IMG/VR virus record: IMGVR_UViG_3300016471_001035
Span: 32,001 to 96,000 of that record
Reading direction: 5' to 3' (one strand)
Length of the DNA: 64,000 nucleotides
Origin: a virus
Each line of letters starts with the position of its first letter. Position 1 is the first letter of the stretch. The notes below the pieces were generated by a model that saw only the letters and a list, made by a program, of their open reading frames with translations, was not told the origin of the DNA and made no database searches. Position numbers and translations under genes: made by a program. Positions 19,880-29,205 of this stretch are shown in pieces.

Positions 19880-20560
19880 TTAATATTTATTTTTCTTGAG
19901 ATGATCGTTTAAAATTTTTAAATGATCAGCATGAATAGGCTTATCATTCTCATCATACTGACACCCTACAAATTTTAATCCGTCTCTCTTGACAGGAAAA
20001 GGTTTCATCTCAAAAAATTCATCATGAACGAACATATCATTTAAAAATAGAGGATAGATTTGTTGTGTTATTATAACTTGATCTGTTCCCCATTTATCGT
20101 ATTTTGGATATTTAAAAATAATATCTTGTATATTTCTTAACTTAGATGCCTTTATACCCCACATTCCGCCTAGCATCATTGCATAAGGGCTAGGACCATG
20201 CCAAGGATGATCTCTCATTATATGAAGACTCTTGCCACTTTTTACCCATTCGTTCACCGCAGCAGCTTCGCGTACATCTACTCGCGAATCAGTATCTCTA
20301 AATATGGCGTATTCAACCTCACTATCTGCGCAAGGAAAATAACGATAATTCATAAAAAAAGCGGAATCATTATCATCAACGTACATTACTTTTGCTCCTA
20401 AGTTTTTTAATTCACGAGCTATATCTTTTTCTATAGAAGGTGAAAGATAAAACCAAGGCTTCCAATCAGGATAAACAGTTTTACAAAGCTCTGCATTTTT
20501 AAGTGCACCGACCTTATAAAAGTTTTTAGTACCGTATAGGCAAAAGCTTATTACTTTCAT
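19880..20560 (-). CDS. GT-A-like glycosyltransferase-associated protein
   Basis: VISFCLYG, FRDTDSR, HIMRDHPWH, GGMWG, DQ motifs. Confidence 0.65.
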   Translation of the reverse strand: MKVISFCLYGTKNFYKVGALKNAELCKTVYPDWKPWFYLSPSIEKDIARELKNLGAKVMYVDDNDSAFFMNYRYFPCADSEVEYAIFRDTDSRVDVREAAAVNEWVKSGKSLHIMRDHPWHGPSPYAMMLGGMWGIKASKLRNIQDIIFKYPKYDKWGTDQVIITQQIYPLFLNDMFVHDEFFEMKPFPVKRDGLKFVGCQYDENDKPIHADHLKILNDHLKKNKY

Positions 20561-21294
20561 GAAGTTATTTTAGTTCTATCACATTTTATTCCTAAGATAT
20601 TTTCCCACATGTCTGCTTCTTTTAAGCGCTCGTCTTTAAGCTTAGGCCACAGCAAATCAGAATTTTCTTTATCTTTACCTTCGTGTTCGCGTAGTTGGCT
20701 GGCTACTCTATCGAATTTACTAGCACCAAATACCCAGTGATTATGTGTTATAGTAATATCTTCTCTATAAACTTTTCTATTAAATGCAGAGTACATATTA
20801 TCAAGCCATTGATCAATCCAATTTCTAGAAAATTCTTCTCTCATAAAATATCCAGTCTTTTCCATGTAAAACCTATGAATAAATAACCAAGACGCGAATT
20901 TATCTTGCCTATGCCCATCAAAGCCACAGACAAGCTTAAATTTATCCGAACAGTTTTTAAACTCTTCAATAATCTTTTCATCCCAATTATCTGTAGTAAA
21001 TACCATATCGTCGCCTAGCATTGAAATAATCTCTTCACTACTATTTCTAGCTAAAGTATTCCAAAAATATCCTAAGCTAAATTTACCAGTCGGATTAGGA
21101 GGTATGATTGTAATTTTTAAATTATTAAAACCTTTAGCAATAGTTTCACATCTTGCGAGAGTAGGATCATCAGGATCTAAACCTAAATACAGGGTATAGT
21201 TTTTAGGATCCTTACATCTCGCAAGTGCTGACATTATAAAACTAATTTTATTATTTAACCGTTCACGGGTAGGTAAAAGTAGGGCTATTTTCAT
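20557..21294 (-). CDS. family-2-like glycosyltransferase
   Basis: LLLPTRER, DPDD, MLGDDM, WIDQW, HNHW. Confidence 0.8.
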   Translation of the reverse strand: MKIALLLPTRERLNNKISFIMSALARCKDPKNYTLYLGLDPDDPTLARCETIAKGFNNLKITIIPPNPTGKFSLGYFWNTLARNSSEEIISMLGDDMVFTTDNWDEKIIEEFKNCSDKFKLVCGFDGHRQDKFASWLFIHRFYMEKTGYFMREEFSRNWIDQWLDNMYSAFNRKVYREDITITHNHWVFGASKFDRVASQLREHEGKDKENSDLLWPKLKDERLKEADMWENILGIKCDRTKITS

Positions 21295-22088
21295 GGTTTA
21301 ATTTCTTTTAAAAAGCTTATTATATCTTCTTGCTTCGTATCAGGCACGGCACCTTGCCATGCTGGTGAATAAACATGCTTCTTTTTAAATAATTCAGCGC
21401 CTTTAATAATATTATCTCGCCAGTCCTCTCTAGGTCTAATAGAACTACTGTTTTCTGAGCATTCTATTTCTTCTAAAAGCTCGTAGCTGTTAGCTAAATC
21501 CGGCCAATTCCAGTAAGGAGTACAAAGTTTGGCTTTTGAAATTCTATAGCTGTGTTCAACATGCTCAAATGCATTAAGAAAATCTTCATCTATTAAGCCT
21601 ACTTTTTGTAGTGCGTTTTTTGAATAGTAACAAAAAGCCCCAACACTATTGGCATTAAAAGCAATTTTTAGTTTTTTGTAATCAATAATAAACCTAGGTG
21701 TTGGCTCGCCTTTGGAAATGCCTCCTCTATTTGCAGGCCCGTGATAACCAAAACAAAAATGCTCTAAACCGGTTAACTTGCTTGCTTCAATATATTTTTT
21801 AAAAACATTCTTATCTTTTACTATAATATCATCCTCTATAATAAAAATATGATCACAATTATTATCTAGCAAATACCTAAACAAAATGTTTTTTGATTTG
21901 CCGACACCTAAATTCATTTTATTGTGAAAATATTGAAACTCTCTTTTTGACTTAAGCTTATCTATATCTTCAAAATCCGAACCATCATTAACAACAACCA
22001 ATAGATAATCTTCAGGTATTGAGTCAAAACACTTTAAAAAGAATTTAGGTCTATTACATGTAACTATACCTATGCCTATTTTATCCAT
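21291..22088 (-). CDS. family-2 glycosyltransferase
   Basis: IVTCNRP, VVNDGS, NLGVGKSKN, IEDD, EHVEHSYR. Confidence 0.85.
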   Translation of the reverse strand: MDKIGIGIVTCNRPKFFLKCFDSIPEDYLLVVVNDGSDFEDIDKLKSKREFQYFHNKMNLGVGKSKNILFRYLLDNNCDHIFIIEDDIIVKDKNVFKKYIEASKLTGLEHFCFGYHGPANRGGISKGEPTPRFIIDYKKLKIAFNANSVGAFCYYSKNALQKVGLIDEDFLNAFEHVEHSYRISKAKLCTPYWNWPDLANSYELLEEIECSENSSSIRPREDWRDNIIKGAELFKKKHVYSPAWQGAVPDTKQEDIISFLKEIKP

Positions 22089-22106
22089 ATAATTTTAATA
22101 TTTTAA

Positions 22107-22114
22107 TATAAATA
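22107..22114 (+). promoter_or_regulatory. T4-type late promoter TATAAATA
   Basis: exact T4 late consensus 6 nt before ATG 22121; gp55 is encoded in the window. Confidence 0.75.
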
Positions 22115-22120
22115 ATAACG

Positions 22121-22822
22121 ATGGCAATTAATACATCCAATAGCAACTACGTAAATATTAGCAATTTACCTCAAATTCAGCAAGTTTTTGAGGAAGATTT
22201 ACTTTTAGTACAAACAGAAAACGGTACAACCACTATTACTTTTGATAATTTTAATGTTGTTAAAACTGATGCTGCGGGTAATGCAACTGTTGTAGGTAAT
22301 ATTTCAGGAGCAGGTACATCACAATTTACTACACTATCTGCATCAGATGATGTAAGAGCTGTAAATTATTTTGCAAACGGTGTAAAGGGTTATTATGGTG
22401 CAAATAATTTTTATAATAAGTTTACTCTTAATGGCGGATTAGTTACTACAGCGTCTTATGTTTTAGGTTCGCCTGAATATGTTAATATTACACAAACGCT
22501 TCTACCGAACTTAACATCATGGCAAAATACACAATACAAGAGAATTTTTGATATTGATGGTACTAGTACTATTGATTTAGGAACTCCTTATAAGGTTGTT
22601 ATTTTTAGTAATTTTTATCAAACAAATACGCAATTTAACTCATCATCATTAAGACCTATACATTTCCTTTGCACCGCTACATCACGCGTTTCTTCCGCTC
22701 CATTTGTTTCAGATATTAATGTAGATAGAACTTCAAGCAATGATCTTTCATTTAGAGTAAATTTAGGATATAATGTGCCGGTAGCTACTATTATTAACTG
22801 GCGAATACTTTATACGTATTAA
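22121..22822 (+). CDS. virion structural/fibre-like protein
   Basis: N-terminal VNISNLP anchor-like motif, T/S/N-rich, late promoter. Confidence 0.6.
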   Translation: MAINTSNSNYVNISNLPQIQQVFEEDLLLVQTENGTTTITFDNFNVVKTDAAGNATVVGNISGAGTSQFTTLSASDDVRAVNYFANGVKGYYGANNFYNKFTLNGGLVTTASYVLGSPEYVNITQTLLPNLTSWQNTQYKRIFDIDGTSTIDLGTPYKVVIFSNFYQTNTQFNSSSLRPIHFLCTATSRVSSAPFVSDINVDRTSSNDLSFRVNLGYNVPVATIINWRILYTY

Positions 22823-23028
22823 CGTACGTGAAACATTAAAGCTTTATTAATTCTTGCTAAAGCTAATTTAGGGTGTAACCCTTCACCAACTAATCTCTTA
22901 TATTCTGATTTAAATGATTTTACAAACTCTTCAGATAGTTTAAAATTTTTAGGATAAAATTCCTTTTTAACAGTTCTTAAATAACCAAAGCTTTCTAAAA
23001 CTTTGTCGTATTCGTTATTAAATCTCAT
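22819..23028 (-). CDS. small late protein with capsid-targeting-like N-terminus
   Basis: MRFNNEYDKVLES; AATAAATA upstream. Confidence 0.6.
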   Translation of the reverse strand: MRFNNEYDKVLESFGYLRTVKKEFYPKNFKLSEEFVKSFKSEYKRLVGEGLHPKLALARINKALMFHVR

Positions 23029-23039
23029 TACATTATTAT

Positions 23040-23777
23040 TTATTTGCCTGTAATGATTTTTTTACGTATACGATCCTCCTGTTTTTCTTCAAACAATGCA
23101 CTTTTCTGTGCTTTTAAAAGTCTTTCCATATCATCTAGATTTTCTTGATCTAAAACACTAGTCTCATCTTCGATTAATTCACCTTTATCATTTAAGTAAA
23201 ATTTTATCATTTCAATTCTTTGCTCGGGATTACCAAAAATTTCTATAATAGGAGGTCTATCATCTTTAGCTAGAAAAGGGCATATACCATTTCTCATAAG
23301 ATTTTTTTCTATTACTTTAAAAATGTTATCTATTTCTTGAATAAACAATATGTCTATTTCACGGCTTTTCTTTTCTTCTATTTTAACAGGTGCAACTTTT
23401 GTAATAGGTAAGAAAAAAACAATATCAATCGATTTCATACTTTCCTGAACTAAAGGAATGCATTTTTCTATAAATTTTTTATCAATATCTGAAGAACCTT
23501 TTTCTTCAGCCCAAAGAGAATATACCAGGTTATCTAGGGGACATCTATCAAAAATAATTTTATCTCCTTTTTGTGTGCTTTGAATATCATCAATAAGGCA
23601 GTTTAAAATCTTCCATTGACTTTCTTGATCAACCTCCTTATTAATTTTTATATTTTCTTCTTTAATAAGCTTTCTATATGATTCATTTGATCTGCTATAT
23701 GTAGGCCAGTATTTTAAAAAATCTTTTACTAGAGTGGTTTTACCTTGACAAGCACTACCAGAAATAGCTATTCTCAT
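23040..23777 (-). CDS. second P-loop nucleoside/nucleotide kinase-like protein
   Basis: MRIAISGSACQGKTT, FDRCPLDN; starts 1 nt after the queE stop. Confidence 0.75.
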   Translation of the reverse strand: MRIAISGSACQGKTTLVKDFLKYWPTYSRSNESYRKLIKEENIKINKEVDQESQWKILNCLIDDIQSTQKGDKIIFDRCPLDNLVYSLWAEEKGSSDIDKKFIEKCIPLVQESMKSIDIVFFLPITKVAPVKIEEKKSREIDILFIQEIDNIFKVIEKNLMRNGICPFLAKDDRPPIIEIFGNPEQRIEMIKFYLNDKGELIEDETSVLDQENLDDMERLLKAQKSALFEEKQEDRIRKKIITGK

Positions 23778-23778
23778 A

Positions 23779-24522
23779 TTATACTTTAAGCGCTTTATCC
23801 CAAATAACAAGCTGTAACCTAGGGCTAAACTTTAAACAATGTTTTTTAGCTAACTCTGCTACAAACGATGCTTTTTCAACATGCTCGGCTCTACTACCAC
23901 AGCATGGCATAAGCCATACTCTTTCACGAGGTACTTGTATATCTTTATTATTAATATACTTTGTAAAAACTTCTTCTAAGTCACGCTCTTCATTTATGAC
24001 AAATTTAAATCCAGAATTGTTTTTAACATGCCATTTTAAAACTTCTGGCTTATATCTTTTTTCTTCCGGGTCACCATTATTAGAAAGTTTAGGTGACGTT
24101 GTAAAAGTTGCTTTCCAGTCTAACCACTGAAAATCAGGAATAATAGTAGCGTTGGTTTCGAAGTCTATCCTCGGAACAAAGCCAAATCTAAAAATAAATT
24201 GATCAACAAGCTCGAGTAGCGCTTTTTGCTGTATTAGCGGTTCACCGCCTGTAATTTTCCATATTGCTCCGTCCTTTAGATTACAGTTAAAACTATTTTG
24301 CGCCATATATTCAAAAATCTGTTCATATGTCATTCTATTTTTAACCGACCAGCTGATAAAGCTATCACAACCATGAGGTGAATCTGATGAAGCAAAACCT
24401 TTACATGTTAAATTACACATAGAAAGACGCATAAAAACAGAGGGGCAGCCAACGTATTCCCCTTCGCCTTCGATTGTATAAAAAATCTTATCATCACTAA
24501 GAAATATAGTTTTTTCACTCAT
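23779..24522 (-). CDS. queE: 7-carboxy-7-deazaguanine synthase (radical SAM)
   Basis: IFYTIEGEG, FMRLSMCNLTC..GCDS, ITGGEPL, FETN, SPKL, KFVI, FSPRLQ. Confidence 0.92.
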   Translation of the reverse strand: MSEKTIFLSDDKIFYTIEGEGEYVGCPSVFMRLSMCNLTCKGFASSDSPHGCDSFISWSVKNRMTYEQIFEYMAQNSFNCNLKDGAIWKITGGEPLIQQKALLELVDQFIFRFGFVPRIDFETNATIIPDFQWLDWKATFTTSPKLSNNGDPEEKRYKPEVLKWHVKNNSGFKFVINEERDLEEVFTKYINNKDIQVPRERVWLMPCCGSRAEHVEKASFVAELAKKHCLKFSPRLQLVIWDKALKV

Positions 24523-24575
24523 AAAAGTATTATTATATGACATAATTTAGTATATTCAAGAATAAATATTAATAG

Positions 24576-25313
24576 ATGTCTAAGAAAGACAGACAGCTAA
24601 AAAAGGCTGCCAGAGACAATAAAGAGCTAATTAAATCTGATATTTTTCTCAATTTTAAAGTAGAGCAGAAATTTCATTTTAACGAGCATCATAAAGCTTT
24701 TGTCGATAAAGCATTTGAAGATAATTCCCATATAATATTTTGTGACGGCCCTGCAGGTTCATCAAAAACCTACTGCGCAACATATGTTGCTCTGTCCATG
24801 TTAAGAGATAAAAAAATAGATGAAATAATCTATATAAGAAGTATTGTAGAGTCTGCTACGCGTAAGCTGGGAAGCCTTCCCGGTGAAGTAGATGATAAAT
24901 TTAAGCCTTGGAGTATCCCATTAATAGAAAAATGTGATGAGTTAGTTGGTAAACAAATAACAAATATGTTATTTGAGAATGAATATCTAAAATGCACACC
25001 TGTCAATTTTCTTAGAGGCGCAACTTTTTCAAATAGCGTTGTAATAGTAGATGAAGCTCAAAACCTAGAGCATAGTGAATTAGTTACTATTTTAACCAGA
25101 TTTGGAAGAAACTGTAAGCTGTTTGTAATAGGTGATTCTTTGCAATCTGACATTCAAAAATCCGGGTTTAAAAATATAATGGGTGGTTTTGATTCACAAG
25201 ACAGTAAAGATCACGGAATAAGCGTTTTTCATTTTACTGAAGATGATATTACGAGAAGTAAGTTACTTAAGTTTATCGTTAAGGTTATTGCTACTATTAA
25301 GCCTAAGCTTTGA
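24576..25313 (+). CDS. phoH: PhoH-family ATPase
   Basis: GPAGSSKT, LGSLPG, FLRGATF, DEAQN, LTRFG, GDSLQSD; AATAAATA upstream. Confidence 0.93.
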   Translation: MSKKDRQLKKAARDNKELIKSDIFLNFKVEQKFHFNEHHKAFVDKAFEDNSHIIFCDGPAGSSKTYCATYVALSMLRDKKIDEIIYIRSIVESATRKLGSLPGEVDDKFKPWSIPLIEKCDELVGKQITNMLFENEYLKCTPVNFLRGATFSNSVVIVDEAQNLEHSELVTILTRFGRNCKLFVIGDSLQSDIQKSGFKNIMGGFDSQDSKDHGISVFHFTEDDITRSKLLKFIVKVIATIKPKL

Positions 25314-25436
25314 CTTTAAAATGCGGTCGTAAATATCACCTAACGAAGGTCTGTTTTCTTTTTTTATTTCCTTGTAATAGTCAGAAATTTCACCACCATA
25401 AAGCTGCTGCCTTATTTCTGGATGATTTTTGTCCAA
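25263..25436 (-). CDS. 57-aa hypothetical protein (TTG start; not in ORF track)
   Basis: MDKNHPEIRQQLYGGEISDYYKEIKKENRPSLGDIYDRILK...; starts immediately after the queD stop and fills the gap, overlapping the phoH 3' end. Confidence 0.45.
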   Translation of the reverse strand: MDKNHPEIRQQLYGGEISDYYKEIKKENRPSLGDIYDRILKSKLRLNSSNNLNDKLK

Positions 25437-26090
25437 TTATGACCCCCAGCTTGTACCGCCAAACAAATTCGAATAGCCTTCAGACTTCGGGCTCTTTAGG
25501 GGTGCGGGCCTCGCACCAGCTTGTGTATTACTCACTGGTATTTGTTTTAAAACATTTGATATAGGTATACCTGTTTCCTTTTCAATTTCATTTATTGTTT
25601 CTCTTATTGGGTTAACCGGTGGTTGAAAAGAAGGGCCTGGTGTTGAGGATGTCTCTACAGTTACTATGCCAGAATTCTTTTCATGCTCCCATACTTCAAC
25701 TCTTTCTACCCAACATCTCTCATTTGTAAGTTTTCTAATGTAAGAGTCTGCTGCATTAAAACACCACTCTGCAGTTTTCTCAATACCCACACCTTCTGGC
25801 ATTATTCTTAAATCACAACCACCGGCTGTATGTAGCGTTTTAAACCCTTCTAGTAAAGGGTCATCACCTGCAACACATAATGTATGATCAAACTGTTTTT
25901 CTAATATATTCTTTAAATCTTTTAAACCACCGAAATCAACAACCCAATTACGCTCGTCTAATGAATGACATGCAAACCAGAATTTAGCTATTAATCTATA
26001 ACCGTGAATAAATTTGCAATGGCTATCAGCTTTCCATTGTCTAAATGCACAAGAACCTAATTCAATAATTTTAGTACTTTTATACGTCAT
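25437..26090 (-). CDS. queD: 6-carboxytetrahydropterin synthase with disordered C-terminal extension
   Basis: SCAFRQW.ADSHCKFIHGY, WVVDFGGLK, QFDHT, VEVWEHEKNS. Confidence 0.92.
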   Translation of the reverse strand: MTYKSTKIIELGSCAFRQWKADSHCKFIHGYRLIAKFWFACHSLDERNWVVDFGGLKDLKNILEKQFDHTLCVAGDDPLLEGFKTLHTAGGCDLRIMPEGVGIEKTAEWCFNAADSYIRKLTNERCWVERVEVWEHEKNSGIVTVETSSTPGPSFQPPVNPIRETINEIEKETGIPISNVLKQIPVSNTQAGARPAPLKSPKSEGYSNLFGGTSWGS

Positions 26091-26123
26091 ATTTCTGGTA
26101 GTAATCTTTTCTATTACCTAAAA

Positions 26124-26153
26124 TATTATAAGGTTTAATTTTTAAAAATCAAC
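26124..26153 (-). promoter_or_regulatory. sigma70-type promoter of queD, followed by a ~30-nt leader
   Basis: minus strand TTGATT-N16-TATAAT then ATTTTAGGTAATAGAAAAGATTACTACCAGAAATATG. Confidence 0.7.
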
Positions 26154-26156
26154 TAG

Positions 26157-26315
26157 TTATTTTACTATTCCGTCAATTTTTTCTTTTTTAATATATTTTT
26201 CTGCTTCTTCTTTTGATTTAAAAAATATGATATTGCCTGATGAATCGGTATAAGCAGTATTATTCTCTAATAAAATATAGTTAAGCGGTTTTTTTATTTT
26301 GTCGATTGCTGACAT
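26157..26315 (-). CDS. 52-aa hypothetical protein (not in ORF track)
   Basis: MSAIDKIKKPLNYILLENNTAYTDSSGNIIFFKSKEEAEKYI...; TAATG-coupled to upstream gene. Confidence 0.7.
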   Translation of the reverse strand: MSAIDKIKKPLNYILLENNTAYTDSSGNIIFFKSKEEAEKYIKKEKIDGIVK

Positions 26316-26515
26316 TATTCAGAAGGCTTAAAGTATTCAGAAAGTATACTATTTACCGTGTCATTAAAAGATTCTTTTTTAAGAAACTTTTTAATTTCTT
26401 TTTTAGGCATCTCTTTGGCGGCTTTTTTTGCTGCGCCAGTTACACTTTTTTGACCTTTTTTAGCGCCCATTACTGCGCCAAAGAATCTTTTCTGTTTTTC
26501 GGATTTTGCAGGCAT
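26315..26515 (-). CDS. small basic protein (DUF3008-like)
   Basis: MPAKSEKQKRFFGAVMGAKKG...AAKEMPKKEIKKF; start after AATAAATA-N5. Confidence 0.7.
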   Translation of the reverse strand: MPAKSEKQKRFFGAVMGAKKGQKSVTGAAKKAAKEMPKKEIKKFLKKESFNDTVNSILSEYFKPSE

Positions 26516-26543
26516 ATAGTTATTTATTAAACTGTTATTGTTT

Positions 26544-27737
26544 TTAAACCTGAAACGCGTAAACTGTATCATTATCTACAGCAGATATCTTATATTTTTT
26601 AATTTTGCCATACCTATCTTCAATATTAAATACATCATTTACCTTAGGTGCAACATTAGCAGCGGAGGGTTGTGAAGGAGTAGGTGCACCTGCTGTTGTA
26701 GGAGCAGTTGTAGCAGCTGATGCCGTACCTGAAGCACTAGCCGGGGTTGCGGTGCCACCGGTAACAGCACCTGGAGCTGAAACCGTACCTGAAGCTGGGG
26801 TACCCGGAGCAGGAGGTGCTGTAGGTGTAACTGTGGTTTGTTGTGCTTGTTGTTGCTGTGCTGCCATTTTTTGCATAGCTTGCTTAACCTTAGCAAGACT
26901 AAACTCTTCAATACCAGGTGGTTCTTTATCAGTAATTTTCCATCCATTTACTTTATTACTATAGTTTAAAACTGCAGCTGAAGGTAATCCTAGAGCTCTA
27001 CCATCAACTTTTTGATTATTTTGATCAAAATAATAAAGCTGTACATTAGGATCCTTAGGATCACCAACACCTACTTTTATTAAACCTATATTTCTATTAT
27101 TATTAATTTGTACATCATATATTGTCATGTTCTGGAATTTTGATGTTTTACCAAATTTAGTTCCCACATTACCGGAAACAGGTATTTTTATACCTACCCC
27201 TGCAGTAGGGTTGCGACCTATTTCAATAGAAAGATTATCACCAGACTTTGGATTTTCTGTTCTTAGCCCTAAAGACTTAGCTGTTCTATCTTGCATTTTT
27301 TTATCAATACCTGCTTGTAACTTACCCAATGCACCAGCAATTTGCTGACTCGGCCTGTCGCCGGTGAAGAAATCTGTTACACCGCGTATTGCCCCCGGTG
27401 CTGCTGCAAGGGCCCCTGGTATTTTTGTAGCTGCTTTACCTATGCCTCTAGCTGCAGCTCCTGCAGCTCCTAAAGCAGCACCTCCCAGTACATCTGCGCC
27501 TTTAGCAACTCCTTTTGCTGCTCCGGTAACTGCAGCTTTAGCAACTTTTTCAGGATCATTAATAATATCCCTTCCAAGCTTTCGGGCTCCAATTCTCGCT
27601 TTTTGTACAGCTCTTTTTAAGGGTTTACCCGCTTTTTGTTTAGCTGTTTGTGCTAGTTTCATAGCATCTTTCATATAATCAGAAAACAGCTTTTCGTTTA
27701 AAGCAAGGTTAGCTAAATTATCAAAATTATTCATCAT
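26544..27737 (-). CDS. hypothetical late protein with A/G/K-rich amphipathic region and P/T/A linker
   Basis: 397-aa ORF; N-terminal FDNLANLALNE. Confidence 0.75.
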   Translation of the reverse strand: MMNNFDNLANLALNEKLFSDYMKDAMKLAQTAKQKAGKPLKRAVQKARIGARKLGRDIINDPEKVAKAAVTGAAKGVAKGADVLGGAALGAAGAAARGIGKAATKIPGALAAAPGAIRGVTDFFTGDRPSQQIAGALGKLQAGIDKKMQDRTAKSLGLRTENPKSGDNLSIEIGRNPTAGVGIKIPVSGNVGTKFGKTSKFQNMTIYDVQINNNRNIGLIKVGVGDPKDPNVQLYYFDQNNQKVDGRALGLPSAAVLNYSNKVNGWKITDKEPPGIEEFSLAKVKQAMQKMAAQQQQAQQTTVTPTAPPAPGTPASGTVSAPGAVTGGTATPASASGTASAATTAPTTAGAPTPSQPSAANVAPKVNDVFNIEDRYGKIKKYKISAVDNDTVYAFQV

Positions 27738-28161
27738 TAGTAATAAAGTTTTTATACAGATCTGCCAGTCTATCCCCTGTATATCCTTTTTGATTAATTA
27801 TTCTCTCAATATCGTTTAAACAATTACTGTTAGATATTTGAAATAAAATAGGATCATTTTCGACAACACCATCTTTTAAGAGAGTTTTAACAACATATTC
27901 TTTTAAACTACAAAATGAATCATAATCTGCTTCATCTGCTATAGCTTCAATAAATTCAATAGGTATATCCTCTATACCCAATTCAGGGTTTATAACTAAA
28001 ATCTTTAAATGACCTTTACCCTCTTCTAGAACATAACCTTCATAACCATCACACTTTGAAAAATCAGCCTCTTTAGTCACTAGAGCAGGATCGACCTTTA
28101 TTCTAATACGCTTTAAAGCTGTTTTTTTTAAGCTTTCTAGAACTAAGTCATTATACTTCAC
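27727..28161 (-). CDS. hypothetical late protein
   Basis: GTG start at 28161 after TAAATA-N5; MKYNDLVLES. Confidence 0.7.
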   Translation of the reverse strand: MKYNDLVLESLKKTALKRIRIKVDPALVTKEADFSKCDGYEGYVLEEGKGHLKILVINPELGIEDIPIEFIEAIADEADYDSFCSLKEYVVKTLLKDGVVENDPILFQISNSNCLNDIERIINQKGYTGDRLADLYKNFITNDE

Positions 28162-28174
28162 ACTATTATTTATG

Positions 28175-28202
28175 TTGATCTCGTTACATCTTATCATATA
28201 AT
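28175..28202 (+). promoter_or_regulatory. sigma70-type promoter of folE
   Basis: TTGATC-N16-TATAAT-N7-ATG. Confidence 0.75.
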
Positions 28203-28209
28203 AGTTAAT

Positions 28210-28863
28210 ATGTTTAAGAAGAAGTTAGCTTTTGCAAATCATAATCACCCTCATACTCAAGAAGAAAGAGAACAAATAATTGAACGGGCAGCTAAAGCAT
28301 ATGAAGCTTACATGGATGCTTTAGGATATGATTGGAGAAACGATCCTAATAGTGATAATACCCCGCATAGAGTTGCTAAGGCGTTTGTAGAGGATTTTGC
28401 TTGGGGCTGCTATAGTAATCCACCTAAAGTAACAGCTTTTGATAATGTAGATAAGTATGATGGAATTGTAGCGCAGACTAATATTAAAGTTACTTCACTT
28501 TGCTCGCATCACCATGCTCCATTTATGGGGTTTGCTCATGTCGCATATATACCTTCTAAGGATGGAAAGGTCATTGGTCTAAGTAAGCTCAATCGAATTG
28601 TTGATTGGTTTGCTCGCCGTCCGCAGGTTCAAGAAAACCTTACAATGCAGATTCACAAGTATATTGATGAGGTCTGTGAAAAGAATAAGGGTGTTGCCGT
28701 AATGATTGAAGCCGCACATACTTGTTGTTCAAATCGTGGTATTAGACATGATTCAACAATGCGTACCGCTAGAATGTCCGGTGCATTTTTAGATGATAAA
28801 GATAATTCTAGAAACGAGTTTTATAAGTTCATTGAGTTTGCGCAAAATAGAAAACTTATTTAA
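28210..28863 (+). CDS. folE: GTP cyclohydrolase I
   Basis: TPHRVAK, SLCSHHHAPF, VIGLSKLNR, RRPQVQE, HTCCSNRG. Confidence 0.96.
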   Translation: MFKKKLAFANHNHPHTQEEREQIIERAAKAYEAYMDALGYDWRNDPNSDNTPHRVAKAFVEDFAWGCYSNPPKVTAFDNVDKYDGIVAQTNIKVTSLCSHHHAPFMGFAHVAYIPSKDGKVIGLSKLNRIVDWFARRPQVQENLTMQIHKYIDEVCEKNKGVAVMIEAAHTCCSNRGIRHDSTMRTARMSGAFLDDKDNSRNEFYKFIEFAQNRKLI

Positions 28864-28881
28864 AAACGACTAAATATTTAT

Positions 28882-29205
28882 GTGAGTCGGTCGCTATTAA
28901 TAAATGGCGATTTAATTAACCCTCCGTCATCAATATCGTGCGTGAGGGATATAACTTTTATTGCACATGAATATCTTGATTTAGACGTAATAATTGAATG
29001 TATAGCTGAGAAAGATTTTTATCATCGTTATCTTAAAAACTTCGGTGCTATGGATTACATAGATGAGTTAACAGCATTCGGTGAAGAGGAAGGTATGAGA
29101 ATTGATAACGACTTTCATTATGACCCAACAATCTATGTTACCGATATAATTGATGCAAGAAACGTACAGTTAATTTTGAGGTGTATTGGGTTCAGAGGAT
29201 TCTGA
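28882..29205 (+). CDS. hypothetical protein
   Basis: 107-aa ORF, GTG after TAAATA-N5. Confidence 0.65.
   Translation: MSRSLLINGDLINPPSSISCVRDITFIAHEYLDLDVIIECIAEKDFYHRYLKNFGAMDYIDELTAFGEEEGMRIDNDFHYDPTIYVTDIIDARNVQLILRCIGFRGF

Noticed and set aside
26091-26120. Canonical preQ1-I riboswitch before queD
   Set aside because: The loop lacks the conserved pyrimidine/C residues and there is no pseudoknot-forming A-rich tail; kept only as an unexplained structured leader.
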